A stretch of DNA of 64,000 nt from Candidatus Eremiobacteria bacterium (lineage in GTDB: Bacteria; Vulcanimicrobiota; Vulcanimicrobiia; Vulcanimicrobiales; Vulcanimicrobiaceae). Position 1 is the first letter of the stretch; each line of letters opens with the position of its first letter. The position numbers and the translations under genes were made by a program. The notes below the pieces were generated by a model that was not told where the DNA came from, searched no databases, and saw nothing but the letters and a program-made list of their open reading frames with translations. This document shows, piece after piece, positions 30,787-44,392 of the stretch. The stretch spans positions 1,024,001 through 1,088,000 of the forward strand of contig CAVTRC010000001.1 in the NCBI GenBank assembly GCA_963737065.1, written 5' to 3'.

Positions 30787-30885
30787 ATGCGTACGACGTG
30801 TACTGCCGATATTCTTTTGCAGGGGCAAGTACCAGGCAGCCGAACGTATATACGCACTTTTACACTATCGAGGAGCGCACGCGTT

Positions 30886-31182
30886 ATGAAGGCCCTCTCA
30901 TCTGTCATGCTCGCAATCACCATCGCGGCGCTGCCCGTCGTCGCTTCCACCGCCCCCGCGCCGACGATGTTGAAAGCCTTGGTGCCTGCGCCGTTGCCGC
31001 AACTTGGTACGCCCGCGCCAAGCCCGACCTCGGTTCCGGTTCCGGAGAGCGCACATCCGGCAAACACCGCGCCCCAGGCTAGCCGCGCGAGCGTTCCATC
31101 GCCGTTCGCGGTGCCGGAGTCGATGCACCCGGGCCACCGTCTTCCGAACCCGCTGACGAGGCCAACGCCTGCGGTGAACTAA
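30886..31182 (+). CDS. Secreted Pro-rich protein with two VPES(A/M)HP motifs
   Basis: AGGAG upstream, signal peptide, Pro/Ala-rich. Confidence 0.6.
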   Translation: MKALSSVMLAITIAALPVVASTAPAPTMLKALVPAPLPQLGTPAPSPTSVPVPESAHPANTAPQASRASVPSPFAVPESMHPGHRLPNPLTRPTPAVN

Positions 31183-31195
31183 ACATCGGAAGCGC

Positions 31196-32093
31196 GTGCT
31201 TCCGTACCTGATCCTCGGCGGCGCACAACTCGCAGTTGGCGCCGCTGCCATTTTTGCGCGTTACGCGTTAGCCGGAGCCGGACCGCTGGCGGTTTCCGCC
31301 GCCCGGCTGATCATCGCCGCCGGCGTACTCGGCGCGCTGGCGATTACACGACGTGAAACGCTCGGCGCACCGGCGCGCGGAAGGCAACGCGCGGTCCTTG
31401 CCATCGCGGGTGCCGCCCTCGCGGTGCACTTCGGCTCCTGGATCGCTTCGCTCGACTACACCTCGGTGGCGGTATCGACGCTGCTCGTATCCACGACGCC
31501 GATCTGGACCGCAGCATACGACGCGGTCATTCACGGCCGGATGCTCTCGCGCGGGTCGACCGCGGCGTTCGTGGCCGGGGCAGCCGGCCTCGTGATGGTC
31601 GTCGGCTTCGACCGAACGCCGGCGCCGCATCCCGGCGGCGAGTGGCTCGGCGCCGGCCTCGCCATCGGCGGCGCGATGGCATTGGCGGCGTACTTCTTGC
31701 TCGTGCGCACGGTCCGCGATGCGCTCAGCACGCGGCGCATCGTGACCCACACGTACGGGTGGGCGGCGGTCGCTCTGCTGCTCGCAGCGGTAGTTTCGCG
31801 CCAGCCGCCTCCGGCGCCGTCCGCGACCGCGGCATGGGGCGGGCATCGTCGCAATGGCGCTCATCTCGCAACTGATGGGTCACACGGCGATGAACGCGTC
31901 GCTGCGCTTCTTCTCGCCGAGTGCCGTCTCGTTCGCCAATCTGCTGGAGCCTGTGTTTGCCGCCGCACTGGCGCTTGCGATCTTCCATGAACCCGTACCG
32001 CCGCTCGCAATCGGGGGGGCCGTCGTCCTGTTGGCCGCCGTCCTGATCGTCGTACGCGACGAGCGCAAAGCGGCTGCAACGACGTCGATATAA
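31196..32093 (+). CDS. DMT/EamA-family transporter, frameshifted near 31840 as sequenced
   Basis: N-part (HFGSWIASLDYTSVA) in 31196..31990 and C-part (SQLMGHT, LLEPVFA) in 31854..32093; shift at a G-rich run. Confidence 0.88.
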
Positions 32094-32167
32094 TTGGCTC
32101 GTACCGGACTGCAAATTGGAGTAATCCACTAGCAAGGGATTCGCCGCTGAAGCGGAATGGCGCGCTC

Positions 32168-34865
<2,698 letters not shown>

Positions 34866-34868
34866 GGA

Positions 34869-36455
34869 ATGAGTACAGCGTTGGAAGTTCACGTTCCGGA
34901 CATCGGTGATTTCAAGAACGTGCCGGTGATCGAAATACTTGTCAAGCCCGGCGATCGCGTGAAGAAAAACGATTCGCTCATTACGCTTGAAAGCGAAAAG
35001 GCGTCGATGGAGATTCCGTCCACGCAAGACGGTGTCGTCGAAACGGTTAACGTGAGCGTCGGCGATCGCGTTTCCGAAGGTACGCCGATCGTGACATTAG
35101 CCTCTAAGCCGGATGCGGGCGCCGCTGCCGCTGCGCCCGCATCTGCTGCTCCGACGGCAGCAACGCCGGCCGTAGAGCTTCGCGTTCCCGACATCGGCGG
35201 CTTCACGGACGTTCCGGTGATCGAAGTGTTCGTAAAACCGGGACAAACGGTCGAGAAAGAAGCGCCGCTCGTCACGCTCGAAAGCGAAAAAGCCGCGATG
35301 GACGTGCCCGCCGTGCAAGCTGGGACGATCGAAGACGTTCGGGTGAAGGTCGGCGACAAGGTGTCGCAAGGCACCGTCATCGCGACGCTGCGATCGAGCG
35401 AAGCCGTATCCGCACCGGAACGAAGCCGCACGCCCGCGACCATGCCGGCGGCGCAAACGCCGCCCGTGCAACAAGCCGCAGGGCAATCGATCGCAACGCA
35501 AACCGCGCCGCAACCGCGTAACGGTCTCGTGCACGCATCGCCCGCCATTCGGCGTTTCGCGCGCGAACTCGGCGTCGGACTGCACGCGGTGAACGGCAGC
35601 GGCCCTCACGGACGCATCACGCGCGAAGACGTGCAAGGATTCGTCAAGCGCGCATTGCGCGAGGGCGGCGCTCCGGCGGCATCGAGTGCGTCATCGTTCG
35701 CCGGACTACCGCCGTGGCCGAAGATCGACTTCGCGCGGTTCGGCGAGATCGAACACAAGCCGTTACCGCGCATCAAAAAGTTGGCGGGGCCGAATCTGCA
35801 CCGCAATTGGCTGCAGATTCCTCACATCACGAACTACGACGAAGCCGACGTAACGGATCTCGAGGCGTTCCGCAACGAACTCAATGCGGAACACGCAAGC
35901 GGCGGCGCTTCGACCGGCTCAGGAGCGGCGCCGAAGTTGACGATGCTTGCGTTCTTGATTCGCGCTTCGGTCGCAGCGCTGAAGAAATTCCCGGAATTCA
36001 ACAGCTCGCTCGACGGTGAAGAAATCGTTCTCAAACGCTACTACAACATCGGATTTGCAGCCGATACATCGAGCGGTCTGGTCGTGCCGGTGCTCAAGAA
36101 CGCGGATTCGAAAGGGTTGCTCGAGATCGCGCGCGAGACCGCAGAGCTTGCTGCGAGAGCGCGCGATGGGAGACTCGGCATGGCTGACATGCAGGGCAGC
36201 ACGTTTACGATCTCGTCGATCGGCGGCATCGGCGGCACGCAATTCACGCAAATCGTCAACGCGCCGGAAGTCGCGATTCTGGGTGCCACGCGCGCCGCGA
36301 TGAAACCGGTATGGAACGGATCGTCGTTCGTCGCGCGGCTCATGCTCCCGATCAGCGTAAGCTACGATCACCGCGTCATCGACGGCGCCGGCGCGGCGCG
36401 ATTCCTCGTCTATGTCGCATCGCTGCTGCACGATTTCCGCCGCGTCATGTTGTAA
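34869..36455 (+). CDS. aceF: Dihydrolipoamide acetyltransferase E2 with two lipoyl domains
   Basis: Two VPDIG..LESEKAxM lipoyl domains; HASPAIRRFARELGV; SYDHRVIDGA. Confidence 0.96.
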   Translation: MSTALEVHVPDIGDFKNVPVIEILVKPGDRVKKNDSLITLESEKASMEIPSTQDGVVETVNVSVGDRVSEGTPIVTLASKPDAGAAAAAPASAAPTAATPAVELRVPDIGGFTDVPVIEVFVKPGQTVEKEAPLVTLESEKAAMDVPAVQAGTIEDVRVKVGDKVSQGTVIATLRSSEAVSAPERSRTPATMPAAQTPPVQQAAGQSIATQTAPQPRNGLVHASPAIRRFARELGVGLHAVNGSGPHGRITREDVQGFVKRALREGGAPAASSASSFAGLPPWPKIDFARFGEIEHKPLPRIKKLAGPNLHRNWLQIPHITNYDEADVTDLEAFRNELNAEHASGGASTGSGAAPKLTMLAFLIRASVAALKKFPEFNSSLDGEEIVLKRYYNIGFAADTSSGLVVPVLKNADSKGLLEIARETAELAARARDGRLGMADMQGSTFTISSIGGIGGTQFTQIVNAPEVAILGATRAAMKPVWNGSSFVARLMLPISVSYDHRVIDGAGAARFLVYVASLLHDFRRVML

Positions 36456-36485
36456 GCGCGAGCGGAACGCACCGCACACGGGACG

Positions 36486-36512
36486 GGTACTCGCCGCGTC
36501 GCGGCGAGTACC
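36486..36512. terminator. Perfect 12-bp hairpin between convergent genes
   Basis: GGTACTCGCCGC-GTC-GCGGCGAGTACC; no U tract. Confidence 0.45.
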
Positions 36513-36528
36513 GGCCCGAGCATAGATA

Positions 36529-37062
36529 CTAGTGAGGCGACGGCGTTTCGTACATCTGGCGACGCGGATTCGGCGGCAGATGTTTATTGCGCCACTTCGT
36601 TCCGTCCGCGAAGGTGACGCGCAGCGGCACGCACCGCGGAAGGCCGGTTTGAAGCGGAAAGACGTTCGGGCTGATTCCGAACTCGTGTTTGATCTCGACG
36701 CCGGGAGAGAACGTTCCGACGTCCTTGACTTCCTCGACGAGACGTCCGTTCGCGACGAGGCCGAACTCGATCTGCTTCATCACTTTGTTCGTCGTGTTCG
36801 TGTAGTCAATACCGAGCGTCGGATTCGACTGCACGTACGGCCGCTGCCAATAGCGGTATCCATACACGTCGTTCCAATAATACGGACCAACGGGGTAATA
36901 CGCCGGCGTCCACGCGGGCCCATATGCTGTCGCGTTTTGCCGCGGCTGGCACGTTGAGACCTTGACGGGATGATGCACCGGTGTGGTTTGGGCAAACGCG
37001 GGCATAGCCGATCCCGCGCAGAGAAGTGCGGCTATGAACAGCCGGGCGGCGATCTTTTTCAT
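36529..37062 (-). CDS. Secreted hypothetical protein (Tyr/Pro-rich segment plus beta domain)
   Basis: Signal peptide ending AFA; DVGTFSPGVEIKH; CVPLRVTFADGTKW. Confidence 0.78.
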   Translation of the reverse strand: MKKIAARLFIAALLCAGSAMPAFAQTTPVHHPVKVSTCQPRQNATAYGPAWTPAYYPVGPYYWNDVYGYRYWQRPYVQSNPTLGIDYTNTTNKVMKQIEFGLVANGRLVEEVKDVGTFSPGVEIKHEFGISPNVFPLQTGLPRCVPLRVTFADGTKWRNKHLPPNPRRQMYETPSPH

Positions 37063-37120
37063 GACGCGAGCGTTCGCGCTCCGCCGTGAGAAACCCGCGG
37101 CTCAAACGCGCGTTCGACGA

Positions 37121-38090
37121 TCACCCGCGTGGACCGGATAACGCGTGCGCGGATACCGAGTAACGGTCGATGACCTTTCGCGCGTGTTCGATGATGCGGT
37201 TGCGAAGGCCGTCGGGTTCGATCAGCACGATCGCATCGCCCCAACTGACGAGGGTGCTTACGGCGGCATCTTCACTCGGGAAAAGAACCCGAAAGCATTC
37301 GAAGCCGGCATCCGATACGGGCTCGGTGGGCCAATAGCCCATGATCATCGGCAAGGCTTCCGCGTCGATGCGGACCACGACGGCATAACGTCCTTGCGTC
37401 TCGTACAATTTGCTCGTCGTTTCTCGCCAGTGCGCATCGAGATCGAACGATCCGTCACGCTCGTAGCGCTCGTCGAGCTCGCGCAATTCACGAATGCGCT
37501 CGGCGCGAAAACTGCGAAAGCCCTTCGGGCGTCTTTGCAACCAAATACCAGACGCCGGCTTTGGAAACCAGCCCGTACGGATCGACGACGCGCGTCGTCT
37601 GCGCCCGCACGCGATCTTCGTACGCCAATTCAATGCGCCGATCGTCCCACACCGCACGGCGCAACAACGCAAGCTTTTCGGTCGGCGGATCGCTCTGATT
37701 CCAACGACGCTGGTCGATGTGAATGCGCCCGCGCGCCTTTTCGGCTGCGTGACGTTGCGCGTCCGACAGCCCGCCGCGCAGTTTTTCTAACGCACGGTCG
37801 AGGTTTGCGCCGAGTCCCAGATCGGCAAGCACGTTGCCGCCGCCGACGAAGATCGCGCGAATCTCTTCCTCGCCGAAATGCAAGAGCGCCTTACGATATC
37901 CGTCGGCGAGCGCGATGCCGCCGTCGGCGCCCCGTTCCGCGTACACGGGGATTCCCGAAGCGGAAAGCGCGTCGACGTCGCGATAGATCGTTCGCTCGGA
38001 GACTTCGAGTCGTTCCGCAAGGTCGCGCGCGGTCCGGCGATGCGCGGACTGCAGCAACAGCAGCAACGAAACGAGCCGGTCAGCCTTCAT
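37121..38090 (-). CDS. YafY-family HTH-WYL-WCX transcriptional regulator, frameshifted near 37520 as sequenced
   Basis: MKADRL, LAERLEVSERTIYRD, PYGLVSKAGVWYLVA; continues as FRSFRAERI..FDLDAHW in another frame after a GGG run. Confidence 0.9.
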
Positions 38091-38112
38091 CGAACTAGAG
38101 CGTCGCAAAACG

Positions 38113-38127
38113 TGACACGGCGTGTCA
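38113..38127. promoter_or_regulatory. Palindrome TGACAC-GGC-GTGTCA, candidate operator of the WYL regulator
   Basis: Perfect 6-3-6 inverted repeat 22 bp upstream of the start codon. Confidence 0.5.
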
Positions 38128-38463
38128 AGTAGACTCAGTACGCTCCACGTCCTCGATGGCTCGTTTTGCGATGGGAAGAGCGGTGTTAGCCGTTGGCCAC
38201 CCAGAGTAAAAAGCAAGATGCGTGATTACTTCGATAATTTCGTCAGCCGTAACGCCATGTTGCAGCGCGAGCTTTACGTGAAACGGCAATTCGTTGATGC
38301 GGTAGAGCGAAATCAGACTCGCCACGGTGATGAGGCTGCGATCGCGTGCCGATAGCTGCGGGCGCTGCCAAACGTCACCGAAGAGCACGTCATCGGTGTA
38401 TTCAGCGAGCGCCGGAGCAATGTCTCCAAACGACTTGCGCGCGGCGGTTGGTTTGTCAGCCAT
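38125..38463 (-). CDS. Carboxymuconolactone decarboxylase (CMD/AhpD-like) family protein
   Basis: DVLFGDVWQRPQLSARDRSLITV, HVKLALQHGVT, THLAFYSGWP. Confidence 0.92.
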   Translation of the reverse strand: MADKPTAARKSFGDIAPALAEYTDDVLFGDVWQRPQLSARDRSLITVASLISLYRINELPFHVKLALQHGVTADEIIEVITHLAFYSGWPTANTALPIAKRAIEDVERTEST

Positions 38464-38507
38464 TATTGTCAGCCATTAGATGAAGTCTCCATTTTTGGCA
38501 GCGCCGG

Positions 38508-38594
38508 CTATGGGCGCAGCAGGATCTTTATGGCGCGCCTATCCGTTGCGGCATATCCGTCAGCGACCTGTTCCAACGGGAGCGCGAGATCGAG
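38508..38594 (-). pseudogene. Remnant C-terminus of a zinc-dependent alcohol dehydrogenase
   Basis: Manual translation LDLALPLEQVADGYAATDRRAIKILLRP*, resembling MDR dehydrogenase C-termini; preceded by an in-frame stop. Confidence 0.6.
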
Positions 38595-38614
38595 TCAGTC
38601 AGCGCGCGCGTTCT

Positions 38615-39265
38615 TCAGGCGGCATTCGCGGCGCTGATGATGCGCTGCTTTTGAGACTGCACTATGATCCGGGATACGACGGCTCCGACGATGAACGCCG
38701 CAACAACCGCGTAGGTCGCGGCCCAGCCGAATTCAAAAAATATGGCGGGCGTCGCGATGCAACCGAGAACCAACGCGCCCCCGACGATCAAACCGCCCGC
38801 GCCGTGTGTAAAGCCCGTTAAGCGGTCTTCCGGCGAGAGAACGTGCCATCGGTCACGCGTCCCGATCGCAAACATGATCCCCACGCACAGCACCGCAATG
38901 CCAAAAGCCGACGCGTATCCGATGAACGCAATAGCGCGATCCATTTCACCAGGCACGCGCGAGAATACGCGAACGAAGTAGACCATCAGTCCCAGCATCG
39001 AGAGGAACACGAAGTTCACCGCCACGCAGAGCGGCGTCGGCACGAAGTAGGCGGCAAGCAACCGCTGGTGCCGCGTCCATAGAAACGCGATCAGCGCAAA
39101 CGTCACAATGTAGCTCGCGAGCCAAGCGGGATGCAGCATCAAAAAAAACGCGCGCGGCGGAATGAACAGCGTGAGTCCCAGGAGCGCCAGACTGAAGCCC
39201 ATCACTACGTCGGAAAGGGCTTCGATACGGCGCACCAGACGGATGGAGCGTTCCTCTTGCTCCAT
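38615..39265 (-). CDS. TMEM175-like (DUF1211) membrane protein, putative K+ channel
   Basis: RIEALSDVVMGF (RxxxFSD-like), YIVTFALIAFLWTRH; about 6 TM segments. Confidence 0.8.
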   Translation of the reverse strand: MEQEERSIRLVRRIEALSDVVMGFSLALLGLTLFIPPRAFFLMLHPAWLASYIVTFALIAFLWTRHQRLLAAYFVPTPLCVAVNFVFLSMLGLMVYFVRVFSRVPGEMDRAIAFIGYASAFGIAVLCVGIMFAIGTRDRWHVLSPEDRLTGFTHGAGGLIVGGALVLGCIATPAIFFEFGWAATYAVVAAFIVGAVVSRIIVQSQKQRIISAANAA

Positions 39266-39267
39266 CG

Positions 39268-42009
39268 TTACCGGCGCAGTTGCCGCAAGACGTATTGGAG
39301 GATGCCGCCATGGCGAAAGTATTCCGCCTCGTCAGGCGTATCGACGCGCACGAGTGCCGTGAATTGCAGCGATTTGCCGGAATCCGGATCGGTCGCCGTA
39401 ACGTTCGCGTGCATGCGCGGCGTGATACCCGATGCGATTCCGGCGACCTCGTAGAGTTCGTTGCCGGTGAGCGCGTAGGTCGAACGGTCGGCGCCGTCCA
39501 TGAACTGCAGCGGCAAAATGCCCATGCCGATCAAGTTGCTGCGGTGAATGCGCTCGAACGACTCGGCGATCACGGCCTTGATGCCGAGGAGATGCGGTCC
39601 TTTTGCCGCCCAATCGCGCGATGAACCGGAGCCGTATTCTTTGCCGGCAATCACGATGAGCGGCGTGCCGTCCGCTTTGTATTTCATCGCCGCATCGAAG
39701 ATCGACATCTGCTCGTTCGTCGGCAAATATCGCGTGACGCCGCCCTCAACGCCCGGCACCAGATGGTTGCGCAGACGCACGTTCGCAAACGTCCCGCGCA
39801 TCATGACTTCGTGATTTCCGCGCCGCGCTCCGTACGAATTGAAGTCCTTCGGTTCGACGCCGCGCTCCATCAGATAGTGGGCTGCCGGCGACGTCTTTGA
39901 AATGTTCCCCGCCGGAGAAATGTGGTCGGTCGTAATCGAGTCGCCGAAGACCGCGAGCACGCGCGCATTCTTGATGTCTGCGAGCGCAGCCGGATCGGTG
40001 GGCATGTTTTCGAAGTACGGCGGATTCTTCACATATTCCGATTTCGGGTCCCACGCGTACCGTTCGCTCTTCGCAACGTCGAGCTTCGCCCAGTTTTCGT
40101 CGCCTTTAAAAACGTCCGAGTAGCGCGCTTTGAACATGTCGTCGCTGACGCACTCGGTAACCGTCCTTGCGATCTCATCGTTGCTGGGCCAGATATCTTT
40201 CAAATAGACCGGCTTACCGTCGACGTCTTCACCGAGCGACTCGCTCGTGAGATCGACGTCCATTCGACCGGCGAGTGCATACGCGACCACGAGCGGCGGT
40301 GACGCGAGATAGTTCGCGCGCACTTGCGGATGGATGCGGCCTTCGAAATTGCGATTGCCGGAAAGCACCGCCGCGACGATTAAATCTTGATCCGCAATCG
40401 TCTCGGACACATCAGTCGGCAGCGGGCCGGAATTCCCGATGCACGTGGTGCATCCGTAGCCGACGATGTTGAAGCCGAGGGAATCGAGATATCGCTGCAG
40501 TCCCGCCTTCGCGAGATAATCTTTCACGACTTTCGATCCGGGCGCGAGCGAGGTCTTCACCCACGGCTTGCTTTTCAAGCCGCGCTGCACGGCGTTGCGC
40601 GCAAGCAATCCCGCCCCGATCAACACCGACGGGTTCGACGTGTTCGTGCAACTCGTAATCGACGCAATCACGATCGCGCCGTCGGAGACGTCTTTTTCGG
40701 TCAAGGCGATCGTCGCCGTACCGCCGCCGCCTTCGCCGGCGTAGCGCGCGGCCGCGCCGTTGTTTCCTTCGCGAGCGGCCATCCATTCTTGCATCGCGGC
40801 GTTGAACGACGACTTCACTTCGCCGAGGCTCACGCGATCCTGCGGGCGTCGTGGGCCGGCCACGTTCGGTTCGACGTGATCGAGATTGAGGTGCAACACT
40901 TCGGAGTATTGCGCATCCGGCATGTCGTCGGTGCGGAACATCCCTTGCGCTTTCGCGTACGCTTCGACGAGCGCAACGTGCGCTTCGGAACGTCCGGTCA
41001 AGCGCAAATACTCGAGCGTGCGATCGTCGATCGGAAAGATCGCACACGTCGAACCGAACTCGGGCGACATGTTTCCGATCGTCGTGCGATCCGCGACCGG
41101 CAATTTGCTCAATCCCTTCCCGAAGAACTCGACGAATTTGCCGACGACGCCCTTCTTGCGCAACATCTCGGTGATCTTCAGGACGAGATCCGTCGCGGTT
41201 ACGCCTTCGCGCAGTGCTCCGTCGAGACGGAAGCCGATCACTTCGGGAATCAGCATCGTGACCGGTTGACCGAGCATCGCGGCTTCCGCTTCGATACCGC
41301 CGACCCCCCACGCAAGCACGCCGAGGCCGTTGACCATCGTCGTGTGCGAATCGGTGCCGACCGCCGTATCCGGATACGCCATCGCACCGACTGCATCGAA
41401 TGCGATCCCGGCGCCACCCGCGCCGAAGACGACGCGTGCGAGATATTCGATGTTTACTTGATGAACGATGCCCGTGTCGGGCGGCACCGCGCGAAAACCG
41501 TCCAGCGCGGATTGGCCCCATTTCAAAAACGCGTACCGTTCGCGATTGCGCTCGAATTCAAGATCGGCGTTCTTCTGCAGCGCGTCGTTATTCCCGAAGT
41601 AATCGATCTGCACGGAGTGATCGATCACGAGTTCCACCGGTTGAAGCGGATTGATCCTTTTCGGATCGCCGCCGATCGCCGCCATCGCATCGCGCATCGC
41701 GGCTAGATCGACGACACACGGCACGCCGGTAAAGTCTTGCAGCAGCACGCGAGCCGGACGAAACGCGATTTCTTTTTCCGGGCCGGCGTTCGGATTCCAG
41801 CGCGCGAGCGCTTCGACGTCGGTCTTCGTTACCGAGCGGCCGTCTTCGAAACGAAGTAAATTTTCGAGCAAAACTTTCAGGCTGTACGGCAGACGGGTGA
41901 GTTTCGTAAAGCCCGCCTTCTCGACGGCATCGAGCCGGAAATATTTATACAAGCGGTCGCCGACGCCGAGCGTGTCGACCGCATTGAAGCTATCCGCGTG
42001 CTGATTCAT
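39268..42009 (-). CDS. acnA: Aconitate hydratase A
   Basis: [62 protein letters not shown]. Confidence 0.98.
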   Translation of the reverse strand: MNQHADSFNAVDTLGVGDRLYKYFRLDAVEKAGFTKLTRLPYSLKVLLENLLRFEDGRSVTKTDVEALARWNPNAGPEKEIAFRPARVLLQDFTGVPCVVDLAAMRDAMAAIGGDPKRINPLQPVELVIDHSVQIDYFGNNDALQKNADLEFERNRERYAFLKWGQSALDGFRAVPPDTGIVHQVNIEYLARVVFGAGGAGIAFDAVGAMAYPDTAVGTDSHTTMVNGLGVLAWGVGGIEAEAAMLGQPVTMLIPEVIGFRLDGALREGVTATDLVLKITEMLRKKGVVGKFVEFFGKGLSKLPVADRTTIGNMSPEFGSTCAIFPIDDRTLEYLRLTGRSEAHVALVEAYAKAQGMFRTDDMPDAQYSEVLHLNLDHVEPNVAGPRRPQDRVSLGEVKSSFNAAMQEWMAAREGNNGAAARYAGEGGGGTATIALTEKDVSDGAIVIASITSCTNTSNPSVLIGAGLLARNAVQRGLKSKPWVKTSLAPGSKVVKDYLAKAGLQRYLDSLGFNIVGYGCTTCIGNSGPLPTDVSETIADQDLIVAAVLSGNRNFEGRIHPQVRANYLASPPLVVAYALAGRMDVDLTSESLGEDVDGKPVYLKDIWPSNDEIARTVTECVSDDMFKARYSDVFKGDENWAKLDVAKSERYAWDPKSEYVKNPPYFENMPTDPAALADIKNARVLAVFGDSITTDHISPAGNISKTSPAAHYLMERGVEPKDFNSYGARRGNHEVMMRGTFANVRLRNHLVPGVEGGVTRYLPTNEQMSIFDAAMKYKADGTPLIVIAGKEYGSGSSRDWAAKGPHLLGIKAVIAESFERIHRSNLIGMGILPLQFMDGADRSTYALTGNELYEVAGIASGITPRMHANVTATDPDSGKSLQFTALVRVDTPDEAEYFRHGGILQYVLRQLRR

Positions 42010-43184
42010 GGCGTTAAGCGTATTTTGGGGTCGCCGTGCGCGTAGCCTTCGATGCCAAGGCGCAGTTCGCCGGACAAAAGTCGCCACAACGGCTCTGCAA
42101 CGAGCGCCATGCGCCAATGCGAGACGTCGAGCAGGTCATCGAACGCCTCTTGCGTTTGCGGAATCTCGCGCGCGATGCGTTCGAGCGTCGCACGCGGCAC
42201 GAGAAGGCTCTGCGGCAAATCATTGAAGCGAGCGATCTCGCCGACGACCACACCCATCATCGCCGCAAGCGTGTCGCGGCTTTGCCCCAGCGGCCGTTCC
42301 GGACGTTTGGGCAGTTCGTCCTCGGCAATCGCCTCACCGCGCTCGACCGCCTCAACGATCGCGCGCCCGAGTTGACGACGCGTCGCTGCGTCGACGCGAC
42401 GCAATTGTTCGAGATCCTCGACGCGTTTCGGCCGCAGCGTAGCAAGCCCGCCCACAACGTCGTCGGCGATGATGTACTTGAGGGGAAGGTCGCGTTCGCG
42501 CGCGACCCGATCGCGCAACTTTACGAGTTCGTTGAGAACGCCGAGTTCACGACGGTTCATGCGCATCGCCCCGGGAACGCGCAAGTACGCGCGCCGCTCG
42601 TCGGCGCGATACCGTTCGATGTCGCTCAAACCGGCGCACTCTTCCAATGCCCACGTCAACCGTCCCGCATCTTCCAAACGCCGCGTCAGTTTGTCGTACA
42701 TCGCAAGCAGATGCGCAACGTCGTCGACGAGATACTCGATTTGTCGCGCGCTGAACGGCCGGGAAGACCAGTCGCTGACCGTCTGCGATTTCGCGAGCCG
42801 AACGTGTTCGACATCGCGCACCAGGTCCGCAAGCGAAACTTGCATGCCGTAGCCTAAGAACGATGCGGCAACTTGGGTGTCGAAAACGCTCGGCGGTACC
42901 GCGTCGAATCGTTCGGCGAAAATCTTGAGATCGGATGCTAACGCGTGTCCGACCACGATCGTGTCCGAGAGCGCTCCGATCAGCGGTCGAAGATCCGGTA
43001 CCGCGAGCGGATCAACGATGACGGCGCCGTCGTCGAATGCCAGCTGTACGACCATCAGGCGCGGCGCGTACGTGCGCTCGGTATGAAACTCAGTATCGAG
43101 CGCGACGCGCGGCGCTTGACGCACCCGGCCGCACAGTTCGTCGAGTGCGTGCGGACTGTCGATCGCCCAAACGGTGCGCGTCAC
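42006..43184 (-). CDS. rnd: Ribonuclease D (3'-5' exonuclease + HRDC)
   Basis: [41 protein letters not shown] overlaps the upstream TGA. Confidence 0.9.
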   Translation of the reverse strand: MTRTVWAIDSPHALDELCGRVRQAPRVALDTEFHTERTYAPRLMVVQLAFDDGAVIVDPLAVPDLRPLIGALSDTIVVGHALASDLKIFAERFDAVPPSVFDTQVAASFLGYGMQVSLADLVRDVEHVRLAKSQTVSDWSSRPFSARQIEYLVDDVAHLLAMYDKLTRRLEDAGRLTWALEECAGLSDIERYRADERRAYLRVPGAMRMNRRELGVLNELVKLRDRVARERDLPLKYIIADDVVGGLATLRPKRVEDLEQLRRVDAATRRQLGRAIVEAVERGEAIAEDELPKRPERPLGQSRDTLAAMMGVVVGEIARFNDLPQSLLVPRATLERIAREIPQTQEAFDDLLDVSHWRMALVAEPLWRLLSGELRLGIEGYAHGDPKIRLTP

Positions 43185-43819
43185 GGCGTCGGAGTCGCTT
43201 TCGGATGGCGATGAAAGCGGAAATGTGGATGGTGTTGTTCGTAGTACACGCGTGCGCGGTGCTCTTGTTGATGAACGAAAACGGTTACGCGATCGCCGAA
43301 GATCGCGAGGACCGTGCAGATCGGGACGGCAATCACACACATCGTCCACACGTGAACCCATACCGGTATGCGAAATGCGGCCGCCGTTGCGGTTGCCATC
43401 GTACCGCCGAATCCGGGAATAACACGCACGCAGAGTAAGAAGAGCGGCGAACCGACGGGGAAGCGTTTCACCCAACGCGGCAAACGGCTGAGATACAGTT
43501 CAAGATCCATCAGGCTGGACGCATGCAAATTGATCGCGTATCCCAGCAATGCCGCGATGACGAGCCCTATTGCATTGATCAGCGACCCTTCCACCGGCCC
43601 GAAGATTGCTCCGTTCATGATCGCGAGCGCATCTGTCATGGAGAACGGCGCGGAGGCTACGACGGCGAAAATGGCGACGGCAAGCAGCACGGCGAACGGC
43701 CCGAGCGACCGCAAGAGGTGCTCGACGTAGGGCTGTTTCGCAATGACGAATCCCGCCAGTAAAAAAGATGCCGCTAGTAATGCCAGAGCGGCTAGGCGTC
43801 TGACGATCGGGTGGTTCAA
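43181..43819 (-). CDS. VTT/DedA (TVP38/TMEM64-like) membrane protein; start approximate
   Basis: GAIFGPVEGSLIN, LCVRVIPG; multiple TM segments. Confidence 0.78.
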   Translation of the reverse strand: MNHPIVRRLAALALLAASFLLAGFVIAKQPYVEHLLRSLGPFAVLLAVAIFAVVASAPFSMTDALAIMNGAIFGPVEGSLINAIGLVIAALLGYAINLHASSLMDLELYLSRLPRWVKRFPVGSPLFLLCVRVIPGFGGTMATATAAAFRIPVWVHVWTMCVIAVPICTVLAIFGDRVTVFVHQQEHRARVYYEQHHPHFRFHRHPKATPTP

Positions 43820-43834
43820 GCGGAAGGAGGCGAA

Positions 43835-44230
43835 GTGCGCGTACTCATTACGGTGCTGTGCGGAGTTGGTCTCTACGCATCGCTTTTCATGCTTGCGAAG
43901 GACGCGAGGGCTGAGCGCGGCGAGTTGACGGAGCGCAGCGTCGTCCAAACCCCACGCGCGCGCCTCATCGGCGGCATCCCGAACGCCGCTCTTGGAATCG
44001 GCTACTATGTCGTCTTGGCAGCCGGCGTTTGGATCGCGCAGCGTCCCTGGGAGCTCGGCCTGCTGGTCGCCGCCTCGATCGCCGCGCTCGGCATGTCGGC
44101 GGTGTTGGGCTACTCGCTGCTCTTCGTGACCCGGATGCCCTGCTTGTACTGCTGGACCTCCCACGGAGTCAATGCAGCGCTCGCTACGATGACCATTCTC
44201 AACTTTTTCAAACTAACATATTGGCAGTGA
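43835..44230 (+). CDS. Vitamin K epoxide reductase (VKOR) family protein
   Basis: AGGAGG plus GTG; GIPNAALG; CLYC redox motif in TM4. Confidence 0.85.
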   Translation: MRVLITVLCGVGLYASLFMLAKDARAERGELTERSVVQTPRARLIGGIPNAALGIGYYVVLAAGVWIAQRPWELGLLVAASIAALGMSAVLGYSLLFVTRMPCLYCWTSHGVNAALATMTILNFFKLTYWQ

Positions 44231-44249
44231 CTCGCGGCTTTGCTATTAT
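44221..44249 (+). promoter_or_regulatory. Sigma70-type promoter with extended -10, overlapped by a DnaA-box sequence
   Basis: TTGGCA, 17-bp spacer, TATTAT with TG at 44241-44242; TTATCCACA at 44246-44254. Confidence 0.6.
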
Positions 44250-44254
44250 CCACA

Positions 44255-44385
44255 GTCTCCGGTATTGAAGGAGCGGTATTCCTCATCCACCGGGGGCACG
44301 AATGTCCGTCAGCAGCTATAGCCTGCGCCGGATCATCCGGCAGTCAAAAAAAAGGGGCCGCGCGAGTGCGTGGCCCTTCTGCTTT
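44255..44385 (+). ncRNA. Candidate structured small RNA, about 130 nt
   Basis: Lies between a promoter and a terminator; stems at 44255-44297, 44312-44326 and 44327-44341; no complete ORF. Confidence 0.4.
44346..44385. terminator. Intrinsic terminator, probably bidirectional
   Basis: A8 then AGGGGCCGCGC-GAGT-GCGTGGCCCTT then CTGCTTT; U8 tail on the minus strand. Confidence 0.75.
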
Positions 44386-44392
44386 CGCGCGT

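Noticed and set aside
44246..44291. Replication origin suggested by DnaA box TTATCCACA
   Set aside because: Only one perfect and one weak box, no AT-rich unwinding element, and no dnaA/dnaN context.
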